Assembly: GCA_051362555.1 (NCBI GenBank)
Contig: CM120643.1
Coordinates: forward strand, 27,470,848 to 27,534,847
Reading direction: 5' to 3'
Origin: Lingula anatina
Taxonomy: Eukaryota; Animalia; Brachiopoda
DNA: 64,000 nt
Shown: one piece after another, positions 24,401-33,955 of the stretch
Layout of the letters: each line of letters opens with the position of its first letter
How positions within the stretch are numbered: position 1 is the first letter of the stretch
Position numbers and translations under genes: made by a program
Notes under the pieces: model-generated
The model's database searches: none
What the model saw: only the letters and a program-made list of their open reading frames with translations
What the model was told of the DNA's origin: nothing

Positions 24401-25196
24401 TCTGTATACTTGTGGGTGGTATAAACACTCTCGATATCTCGGCCCTAGACATTTATTATAACCGATGAATTATATAGTATAAACACTTTCGATATCCCGC
24501 CCATAGACATTAATACAATCCATGAATAATATAATATAGGCAAACTCAATATCCTGCCCTTAGATATTTAATACAACTGAAGTATTATATAGTATAGACA
24601 TTCTCAATATCTACACAATTAATGCAACTGATGAATAATATAGTATAGACATTCTCCATATCCTGGTCCTAAACATTTAATACAACAGAAGTATTATATA
24701 GTATAGACACTCTCGATATCTCGCCACTAGACATTTAACACAACTGAAGTATTATATAGCACAGACATTGTCAATATCCCTAGACATTCAATACAACCCA
24801 ATAATTATATAGAAATTCAGGGTCAGATTGCATGCAACTTTCAGTCTAATTTCAGAAGTAACCTTCCCTTACTTCCAAAGTTTGGGCTTAGAGTTGCAGT
24901 AAGTGCTTATTGTAATTTTTCACATATATCCATGCTTAACCTCTTTATTCACCTGCTTTAATATAATTATGTCTTACCTTAGCAAAGAAGGAATGTTTAT
25001 CATCCTGAGGATAAAAAACAGCGTCATCTTTCGGCGGTTCATGTGTTGACCCATATTTGGCCAGCCGTCTCTGACTGGAGCTAGTTCGTCTCTCGCGATG
25101 CCGTAACTGGCTTCCATTGGTTGTAATATCACTGGCATCAGACGGGGGCTCTGGGCTAGGGACGCGGTTGTTTTGTGTTAGGTTCTCTTCCTCCAT
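10922..25196 (-). CDS. CLC-family Cl-/H+ exchanger, ClC-6/7-related (chloride channel protein C-like type); whole gene, 16 coding exons, about 874 aa, two CBS domains
   Basis: Hand-assembled exons join in frame with consistent phases. Motifs FESMDY, GSGIPE, GPEGPMIH, GAAAGVASAFGAPVGGLLFSMEE, GLVVP, GGVSRLTMSL, PLYH, CBS1 (GFPVV...GLITR), CBS2 (FRTLGLRHM...GIITRKDL); stop TAA at 10924-10922. Confidence 0.93.
11469..11564 (-). CDS. CLC coding exon 15 (LTLDKLS...RLYVNL)
   Basis: ttctag| and |gtgagt; 32 codons. Confidence 0.88.
11618..14542. mobile_element. 2.9-kb non-autonomous TIR element inserted in a (TA)n tract in CLC intron 14
   Basis: gtcattctttgctagtggt and accactagcaaagaatgac inverted ends, both abutting (TA)n. 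Confidence 0.75.
12627..13400. mobile_element. MULE-like MITE nested in the 2.9-kb element
   Basis: Exact 9-bp TSD TAAAGGTCG (12618-12626, 13401-13409); GGG...CCC ends; inverted gatagatacgtcc-like subterminal repeats. Confidence 0.8.
15032..16288 (+). mobile_element. Helentron-associated non-autonomous element (HINE-like)
   Basis: aactagag start; 13-bp subterminal IR ttgtaccaccagc (15069-15081) and gctggtggtacaa (16272-16284); 3' hairpin gtaccgccagcg-ctaa-cgctggtggtac; aaggtcaaaggtca motifs. Confidence 0.7.
16317..16459. mobile_element. Small degenerate MITE
   Basis: tactagctggattgatct and agatcggtccagctagta inverted repeats. Confidence 0.45.
16533..16635 (-). CDS. CLC coding exon 14 (LELTVLLM...VDYEA)
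   Basis: tcccag| and |gtaagt; phase 2/0. Confidence 0.88.
17203..17379 (-). CDS. CLC coding exon 13, CBS1 (LNLDLYGAKDVM...GFPVV...GLITR)
   Basis: tttcag| and |gtgggt. Confidence 0.93.
17568..17741. mobile_element. MULE-like hairpin MITE
   Basis: 17-bp gtccgaaggttca repeats inverted at the two ends; direct repeat GTTCAGTG at 17560-17567 and 17742-17749. Confidence 0.85.
18199..18535. mobile_element. Kolobok-like MITE (family B, short copy)
   Basis: TTAA|AGGGATAATAACTCTT...AAGAGTTATTATCCCT|TTAA; left 165 bp homologous to 8599-8765. Confidence 0.88.
18722..18891 (-). CDS. CLC coding exon 12 (MEITNDIQF...PLYHALLELKCIPFL...RDV)
   Basis: ttccag| and |gtgagt; contains the central tyrosine. Confidence 0.94.
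19565..19742 (-). CDS. CLC coding exon 11 (YIGGLYGR...DPGAFALIGAASFFGGVSRLTMSLTVIM)
   Basis: gttcag| and |gtgaga; conserved CLC helices. Confidence 0.95.
20241..20412 (-). CDS. CLC coding exon 10 (IATLLF...SSGLVVPML)
   Basis: ttccag| and |gtgagt; phase 1/2. Confidence 0.92.
20804..20916 (-). CDS. CLC coding exon 9 (PYCVDM...YNCPKG...SFNE), luminal loop
   Basis: ttgcag| and |gtatgg; phase 2/1; N-glycosylation sequons NTT and NKS. Confidence 0.88.
21283..21463. repeat. Interrupted (CA)n microsatellite directly downstream of CLC exon 8
   Basis: Direct reading. Confidence 0.95.
21479..21567 (-). CDS. CLC coding exon 8 (IIFATVSV...SPEDR)
   Basis: ttccag| and |gtactg; phase 0/2. Confidence 0.88.
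21974..22168 (-). CDS. CLC coding exon 7 (VTEGLDVN...EPNIIM)
   Basis: accaag| and |gtgggt; GVIGGILGAMF helix. Confidence 0.88.
22400..22736 (-). CDS. CLC coding exon 6 (SLVGAG...FSMEEVSS...YILFQ), ending at a GC donor
   Basis: ccccag| acceptor; CAG|gcatgt is the only donor at this position that keeps frame with exon 7. Confidence 0.88.
23109..23284 (-). CDS. CLC coding exon 5 (FLRPSAGGSGIPE...GPEGPMIHLG)
   Basis: ttccag| and |gtaaga; selectivity-filter serine and gating glutamate motifs. Confidence 0.95.
23445..23525 (-). CDS. CLC coding exon 4 (DDKMLEAWGW...SASVV)
   Basis: ttttag| and |gtaagt; 27 codons, phase 0/0. Confidence 0.9.
23610..23736. repeat. 62-bp tandem duplicate resembling the CLC exon-4 acceptor
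   Basis: acacatctaacacacacctaacac.ttgttatcctagagagtgagattgtagtccagtttttac x2, similar to 23512-23571. Confidence 0.8.
23895..24024 (-). CDS. CLC coding exon 3 (QDWDRWIMMGLIG...DFVA)
   Basis: ttccag| and |gtgagt; helix B. Confidence 0.92.
24305..24444 (-). CDS. CLC coding exon 2 (GRDIESVY...FESMDYLP...RQPKR)
   Basis: gtctag| acceptor, |gtaact donor; contains the ClC-6/7-type ES(L/M)DY motif. Confidence 0.9.
24419..24812. repeat. 58-bp degenerate tandem repeat (7 units) derived from the CLC exon-2 acceptor junction
   Basis: Unit gtataaacactctcgatatctcggccctagacattt... whose first copy overlaps the exon. Confidence 0.85.
24978..25196 (-). CDS. CLC coding exon 1 (MEEENL...SFFAK)
   Basis: acaATGg start, donor AAG|gtaaga, phase 0, 73 codons; likely upstream acceptor tcttttcag (exon start about 25271). 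Confidence 0.8.
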
Positions 25197-25632
25197 TGTT
25201 CTGTTTCTCACAGTCAGTCCATCATAGACTTATACAGGTACATCTACTATATATATATACTAGGAAGATCACTGAAAAGATTTGAAATGGGATGCACTTA
25301 TTTATTTTTCAGATTTCATCTACTTAAATACAGCATATCTTAAATCAAACAGGGATATATGACTACTAGTATGTTCATTTAATCCCAATAGTTTAAAATA
25401 CAAAACAGAGCAACAGTTATTATTTTCATCATTATTTATATTCATTTCATGAATTTATTTATTAAATGCACTGATCAGCCACTAAAGTCAAGTTGAAAGC
25501 TAAACGTGACTTAATTCCAACTTGGACAATTAAACTGAATTATTTGTTTTACTTTTCTGGGAATCCTACAAGTACCAGTGCATGTATAAAACCTGTGTAC
25601 ACAGTGGCAGAACTACCTGACATATATAGTAT

Positions 25633-25687
<55 letters not shown>

Positions 25688-25857
25688 TAGTATATAGCCT
25701 TATTGTGGTTTATGGAAGGCGGATCTAAATAAATCAAAACCTTCCATCCCATTGGGTTCTTTCATCTTAACTTACAAACTGCACAGTTCAGATTCAAGTA
25801 CTTATATTATAACATAACTGTTAATCTGTAATTAAGGCCCGCATTTGGGGGGGGGGG

Positions 25858-25906
<49 letters not shown>

Positions 25907-26725
25907 GGGAGGTGCCTTTGGCGTATAACACTGCTCTCTCTTAAATCTATCGTAAATTTATTCATCATTTCACTGAATATAGATAAGTGATTTGTAATCT
26001 CATAGCTACGTAAAATATATAATACCACTTTCTACTTACACCGACTGAATTACACTGCATAAGTTACATTTACCAACACTTTCAGCTCAGTATTTGTATT
26101 TTTATTTAGAAAGAGGGCGCTAAGAATAACTTAGCCAAGATAAGCCAATGATAAGACTCTAGGTTTATCATATAGACAAAACTAAAAAAGCTATTAAAAT
26201 ATGCATTTGAAAGTTTCTTTTTGAGTGCAGCTTCAAAAATCTAAAACACACATTTTGACATAGATGTACATTTTTAAGAAGCATGTCTTACTCAGTTTCA
26301 GAAGTGACATCTTTTATCTGTGTGGACAGTGAGACACGGCTGGGACACGTTCTCGTCTTCTCAAACACAATTATTTTGTTTCCCAACTATCGCATCTAAA
26401 CTTCAAGTTTTCTTCAAAGGCGCTTAGGTTTTCAAAAACAAAACAATGCAATATAGAGTCTAAATAATCCCAAATTTAGAATAAATGCCCCAAATATAAC
26501 TGTATGAAAGTATAGTTTTTGTCAATTTCTTTTCCAAAAATATATATGATTTCACACAATGTGTGATTCATATCACAAATACCGAGTGCATGTATATCAC
26601 ATTCAAATAAAACTCAAACTGAACAATACGTGCAAATAATCGAATAAAAGGACCACAAATTTGCAGCATTATTTACTTAGTCATTATTTCAAAATATTTA
26701 GATATTTAGATGATTGTGTGTAGAC

Positions 26726-26801
<76 letters not shown>

Positions 26802-26961
26802 AGGTATGAGGTTATTGATTGGTTAAATATGCGTAACTTCAATTCCTTTTATAAATGTAGACACTACTCCTACTAACTTACTTCAAAATATTTCTTCTGA
26901 ATCACTCAGTTAGATGAACATGTCTATATCTTATCATATAAAGGCTAAATCCCCCCCCCCA

Positions 26962-28245
26962 CAGTAGGACACATACTGTCGATGCGGAGTGATATAACGT
27001 CGTTTTCTCGCGCCAGGACGTAACGTCGGGCTCAAATTTTGTAAAAAATTAAACTTGGTCGAAAAATGGCTATATACTTTAAATAAATGCATACTTAGCA
27101 AGTCTAATACGATTTTATGATTGTGGGGTATGTAGACTTCATATTCACGTAGCCTTCTACTGAAATTTTGTCGTTTAGAGTGAGCTTGCGTTCGTCAAAG
27201 TCGCACTGAGCGGTAAAATTTGACATTGGCAACATCGTAACTTTGGCCACTATTCCTCAACTAGAGAGTGTGCGGGAAATTCCGGATAAGAGATAACGTA
27301 TCTTTCAATCAATATTGTATGTAAAAAAAAATCATTAAAATCCATCTTTGGAAAAAATTGTTGCAGAATTTTTTGTACCAAAAATCGTGCAAAATCCAGG
27401 TTTTTGCGTCATCCATGACCCAAGACGGGCCCAACTCGGCGTTTGTTTACATTTGCAGATGTACATTATTTTGGCGATTATCACCGGTTATTTTGGATAT
27501 TATTACAGTTTTCAATTGATAGTCAAACAATGCGTGTCAGTTTTATATCTAACTTGTAAATTTAATATTGTTGCACCTTCTTTTTCTAGGCCCTACTACC
27601 GGTACATGTACCTTGCATATCTCATTTCTGAGTCCAAAACTCAAGTTTAAAATAAAACAAAGCTGTTTTTCTTTATTTTGCACAGACAAATTCATCGTTT
27701 CTTAAATGAATATTTTAAAGGGTTAACAACTGTTTTTATGAGATTCACATTTAAGAATAAATAGTGTAAAGAACCCATAGGAATACAACATATATTCCAT
27801 TTTACCACCAAAATGGTAGTTTTCACAATTATTTTGAAACTGTTCTGGGCATCCAATCACATGGTGGCTGTACTCTGTAATAATCTTTTGAAATATTAAA
27901 ATAAATTTAAAAATTACAGTACAGACTAATTTTGAATGTCAAAACTGATTCAGTACCCCAGTAACTATTGGTAAGAAGGGGGAAATTGTCATTTACTCCA
28001 GAATCCATTTTGGGCTGATATGAACAGTTACCTCTTTTATATTCAATAAAAAATAGAGGGTAAAAAAACAACAGGATATAATTTTATTTTCAAAACAATG
28101 GTACAAGTATACATGCACAGGAAGTCCATATGCATGGGCGCTAGTAAGAATTCACAGAGTGTGTAAAAATGTAAAAAATACATAAATAAAAATTTCCAAA
28201 ATTAATATAAAATTTCCACTTTCATTGCACTTAATGACTTTCCTA

Positions 28246-28279
<34 letters not shown>

Positions 28280-30961
28280 TAATAAATTTTCATACATGTT
28301 CCATCTTCAAATGCATTATCTCAAAATACATTAGCTATCCTTTTAAGACTTAAAATAAGAGAAAAATATGCTGATCACCAAGGACAATTTGTCTTTTATT
28401 CAAAATAGTTTCATATGCTTGTACTTGATATCTGATATTAAAATATGGGAATACACTGTATGTAACTTGCTTCCTAAAAGGGCTTTACCTGTATTTGTGA
28501 ACACCAGGCATTATATACTGGATATAAATGGATGTGGACTGTAAATATATTCAAAATACCTCTTTTACTATTCTGACATTTTTTTTCTTTTTAAATTCTT
28601 GTTTGAATGTGAAAAGCAGCCTGGCTCCTGGGAGTCCAATTAGAAAAAATGTGTCCATAATAACACTTGTTTGCAACAACTTCCATCCAATTATCTTAAA
28701 GAAATACCACCAAAGTCATATTTCTTTTTAAAAATTCAATTTTTTATGTTTCAAAAAATGTAAGTGCTGCCAAAGAATACTTTGATAACCAATTTTCACT
28801 AAGGGCTTGGTGACAGTTTTTTTAATATGACTAATAGGAATGCATGATAATGCTGCAACATATCATCGTGATCACTTTTCAGGGCACTTCAAAGCCTGGC
28901 AGAGATTCTGTAATATCTGAAAAAACTGTTCTTCTTTTATCTGGAAAAGAAAATCAGAATAAATTCAGAATTTATAATTCCATGCAACTAAAAGTAAAAA
29001 CAATCTGTTTACACCCCTCTTCAATGTATAGGTCAATTTAACATAAAAAAATTGACTAACAATGAGCGAGGATCGGAAGATATGTCCAAGTGGTACTTAA
29101 CTAACACAAGTCTAGGAACTCACATAATAAAATAATAAATACTGGCTTTATCTTTTTTCATACAGAAAACAGAAAATGGATTATATTTTAAACCTTTATT
29201 ACTGTTGACCTGAGAACCAAATGACATTCTCAAATAGATCTACTTCATTTTAACTTAAGTAAAAAATCTACAACTTCAACACTAAGCGAGTATGGTGTAT
29301 AAATGTCTCAACTTTCATTTTCATACCTATACTAGCAAGTCATTGATTTTGAAATTTTCAATGATTTATAAAATAAACCCTACACTTTCAAATGGACCTT
29401 TATACTAAAAATGAGTGTTAACTGATCATGAAAAAAGCTCATAGTACATTAATACTTCTACCATTCTACATGTATATCCAAACATCTTTTTCCTTACATC
29501 AATGTTAGAAAGTTTTTAAATTTTTATCAGCCTGAAAAAAAGACAAGGGAAATGTTAAATCTTGCCAAATACTCCCCTGACCTATTGCTAATTATTACAA
29601 ATAAAAGGTGATGTATTCATAATTCAATCAATATATACAACTCTCAAGCACATTATCTATGCTTCACATGACAGGTGCTCGCAATGCTACGTTATACAGC
29701 TACAGTACACGTACGTACTAATTAAGGCACATATGTCGTTATGTAATATTAGTATTCTAAATAACACTAGTCTAGATCAAAAGTTATTATTAAACTGAAC
29801 TGTAGTTGGAGTTAGATTACTCTGAATGAGCCTGCGTCGGTCACACGGTGCACATTTTAACAAATCTACAAGATACAATGTATAACAAATGTGTTTGATT
29901 ATGTACAGTATGTAGTGGAGCGAAACTAGCACATTTCTCGTAATAAAAAACATTTATATATATTTTAAAATGTAAATAATTTGCATACGTACCTGTAATG
30001 AGTCTCTGACATGCTATAAATATGTGGGTTCCATATTTCAGCAAGGATAAAAATCATAACTTGCCGCACAACCTACTTCACCTGTCCCTGCCTCGTGGTA
30101 AATTGCGGGGTTTCGTTGGAAAGCGCCTCAGTTCACCTCTCGTTTAGTGGGCGGGATTTCGGTAAATTTACTAAATTTGTATTAAGTTTTTAATCTTTGA
30201 TAAAAGAAATGTTTATTCTGTTTCTTAAACTTATATTTGACTTAATATGGGTCTATAAAGGTGCATTTTAGCACCCAAATCTGCGCGTCACATGATTTGT
30301 ATCACATGACTTTTTTGAACTTCCACAGTTCAAGGTCAAAAAAATACTGTCGTAGCAAGTTATGGAACATCATTGCTTTGCGTGAAAATTGAGGTTAGTC
30401 ACTAACTTTTTTGGATGAATAAACGTAATTTTAAGTTCGGGAAATGAATGAGATGTGCACTCTTATCGGAGGTGCCTCAGGGGAGAAATTTTGCTCTGTT
30501 TTTTCACAACTTTTCGGATTTTCTGTCGAGACTTCTTAACCAGAGAGTGTGCGGGAAATTCCCTTCAAAATCGAAAACCTGGATATATATTCGACCATTT
30601 TATTAATTTTAAGCCAATTTCGTATTTGGAAACAATTTCCTCGCAATATAGTCCCTCGCTATACAAAAGCATTTTCGGACACGTAAAATTTTCAGTTTTC
30701 TTGATTCGGAGAGAAATAATTGTAACTCTGTACAGTGCATTGACAAAAGCTTACAGTTTATCAATAGACGGATAACTCCTCGTTTAGTCTTTAAAATATG
30801 GAAAGTCAATTCACTGTAGTTTTTTCGCAAAGTTTATTTATTTCAAGACGTACGCATTTTTCATCGCGCCGCTTTTTTGGCGCTATTTCGTGACGCGGAT
30901 GTACCAAAAAATCCATGACGTTTCAAATCACACCTAAATCCTGACAGTATGTGTCCTACTG
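26962..30961. mobile_element. 4.0-kb non-autonomous TIR element between the two divergent genes
   Basis: Perfect 19-bp TIR CAGTAGGACACATACTGTC and GACAGTATGTGTCCTACTG; internal 21-bp direct repeat at 27263 and 30542; no credible long ORF; TSD not clear. Confidence 0.75.
30287..30310. promoter_or_regulatory. Paired M-box/CLEAR-like E-boxes (GTCACATGA, ATCACATGAC)
   Basis: Motif match only; lies inside the 4-kb TIR element. Confidence 0.3.
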
Positions 30962-31543
30962 CCATATACGTCCCCCACAAATAATCAACAAATTTGTTGG
31001 CACCAATATTTTGTCAATTTCAACTCAGTAAGTGCTTTCAAATTTACAAAGGACAAATATATTATTTTGCCATATTTCTAATCTAATCAACCGGTCAATG
31101 AGATGTTTGAATAATGTTTTCTTGCGGTTATCATTTGTTTATTTACAAAGTGACTCGTTGTGTGCTTCGGTTTCCAATTTCTATTTTAGTTCACCGCGAC
31201 TGAACTGACAAAGGATTTCCGGCTTATCTTGCCATCGCGGCGTGAAAACATAGTTCATGCAAATTTAGTCATTGAAAATGCCCATTTCAGTCATAATTAT
31301 GAATATTGAAACATTTGCTGCTGCATTAATATTTGTTTAGTATTTTTAAGTGATATAAACCCAGAAATATGAAATATATTGCAAATGTAAACGGTAGCAC
31401 ATGTTTTGGTATTCCTCCGCGTCCCCGCCAGAGACGTGAGAAGTGAGTCAAGCAGGAAAGAGAAGAAGTTAGCAAACTTACGGATAGCTCTTCATTTCTT
31501 GGTGCTTTAAGCTTTTCCATGACACTTAACACTTAAATGGACC

Positions 31544-33410
31544 ATGGATCACTACACAGAGTTGGATGATCGCGATGTTACCCAGATAGAGAGGGACCTG
31601 GGCATGTTTGGGGTCCCGACGCCGCAGACTTTTTGGAGAGAAGACATACCTAGGCGATCAGACACTTCAGCTGGCTTGGAGTTTCAGAAGAAACGTGAGC
31701 TTTATCTCCAGCACATTCAACGCGGAGAACAACCGCCGAAATACACGCCGTACACGGGATTTAATCCGGAATATAATGCATCCGACGGCAGGGATTTAGA
31801 CGCCGGGAATTCCTTGGTTGTGCCAGTGAAGGACCTAAGGACGAGGACAGCTAGTAGCGGTAGTGGAGGCGACACCACAAGTATGCTTAAACAAAACGCT
31901 ACAGGTTACCCCTTTGCTGTAGATAACCGTTCTGGGCTCCCAATGTCATCCCAAATCGCAGTTGCCAGAGCTGCCAATCTGGGTTATACTTCTGCAGAGA
32001 ACGGTGGGGCATACACGATTGGGATTTCACAGCAACATCATCAGCTGCAGCAGGTGCCCCCTATGGGAGCCTCACCACTGAACAGTACCCAGGGGCACCT
32101 GTTGGGGAGACAGAGTACCACAGGGACCTACCTCTACTCCAGTAGTCCTCGGACTAGCACAGGCAGTGTAGGCAGTGGTGGGGATCCAAATGGTGGTAGC
32201 CGCCGAGGATCCCTGGTGAACCCCCCTCTCCCCCCCTCCTATGATCAACACAGAGTGGGGGGCACCAGGGGGGCCAGTGTCAGCCCAAGGTCCAGTGTGA
32301 GTGCTGACTCCAAGCACTCCAGTCCACGCACCAGTCTGGTGAACACAGCATTAATGGACCGGTTCCCAAGTCCACACTCTGGTATGATCAACGCCAACGA
32401 GAAATATCCCAGTCAGCGCTCCAGTTTGTCTTCACTGGGGTACGAGCATTATGTAACCAATCAGACAGCAGCAGAATCTCCCAGACACAGTCACAGCGGA
32501 GGAAGCGCGGGGTCAAGTCCCCTGCAAACCATGGACAGAAAGTACACAAACAATAATGATCCCGCTGCGCTGCCACCGGCGTATAATGATCCCAGGCATT
32601 CTAGGATAGGTGGTGGCAACAACACCCATCACCATGGCAACAACACCCATCACCATCACGTCCCCCATGGTCTGAATCATGTTCTGCATCAAGGTATACC
32701 TAATCACAGCACCCCAATTAAACTGAATCTGGCCTCACCAAATACTGTGCACCCCAATCTTCTACAACAACAACAACAACCCCATCTGGCTGGGCAGAGG
32801 GTGGGGGCTGGGGGTGTGCAGGGGGTGGCTGTGTCCGCTGCCACACAGACCAGCAGTCAGAGCCCAGTGTATAGGAATACAGTGGCAGGGGGCGCTATGT
32901 CGCCTGCAGGGTCGTCATCCAGTGGTGGACAGAGTAAGGTATTACTCCACTACGATGTCATAGCGCCAAAATCTCCCGGTCCCAGCGAGGCTGAGAAGAA
33001 ACTAGCTGCGTTGACTCAGCAGTTAGAGAGAGAAATGAGGTTGTCATCTTCTGGGTCTTCATCAAAACGAAGCTCAGTGTCGCCAGAACCTCGAGAGCCA
33101 CCTCCGCCATATTACGGGCCACATAACACAGAGACGGTACCTGTCATGGCCAATTCTGCCTCTGCTGTGCCTCAGTTTTACACGTCTACAGCAGTTTCTT
33201 ACCCAGCAACAACGGCCAATAATTACCCAGCACCCCCTGCTTCGCCATCTCTCTCAGTGTCGTCTAGATCGTCCAACCAGAAGAGTGGCCTTGGTTTTCA
33301 AGTTACGCCGCCTAAATCCCAAGGTCTGACAGAAGCGGAGAAGAAACTGGAGGTTATGACAAGTAATATTGAGAAGGATTTGGAGCAGCATCCGCCTGGT
33401 GAATATTATG
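31544..33410 (+). CDS. WTIP: Ajuba/WTIP/LIMD1-family LIM protein, first coding exon (622-aa pre-LIM region)
   Basis: accATGg Kozak context; long S/G/P/Q/H-rich ORF ending in EAEKKLE.MT..IEKDL...EYYG, the typical pre-LIM helix; donor G|gtgagt, phase 1. Confidence 0.9.
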
Positions 33411-33867
33411 GTGAGTGACAATTTTTATTAACTTTTGTTTAAATGTGAATTTTAGATGTTTATTGTGGTAGATTTCAACTGTTAGATATTGGGACAGCAT
33501 AGAAGCTAGTTGACTGCATTACATCATTCATAAACTGTCTAAAAGTTTTTTTTAGCTTTATAGACCTATGACTTGAAAGTTATGTATAAGTGTATGATAA
33601 AACATATTTCAAAATGCAATGAAAAATGTCTTTTCTTCACTGATGGCCATCTAGGTTTTTTTATTATATTATTATTATTTTTTAAAATTTTATTTATTAT
33701 TATTTTTGGGGTATATTAATCCAGATGTTAGACTTGGTTAGAGCAGGCTATGGAACTGAATGTATTGTATACTTTGACCTCTTCTACAGACTTCAAGGGT
33801 TAAAATGGTATTTTGTTTTGAAGAATTATAGGATGTTGTGTTGTATGCATTTTTTGTTACATGGAAG

Positions 33868-33955
<88 letters not shown>

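Noticed and set aside
24945-25211. ORF-track start MRNRT at 25211
   Set aside because: It is a GTG codon; the first in-frame ATG is at 25196 and the exon ends at the donor at 24978
27000-30900. Transposase gene inside the 4-kb TIR element (likewise inside 55614-61330)
   Set aside because: No long ORF or recognisable DDE motif
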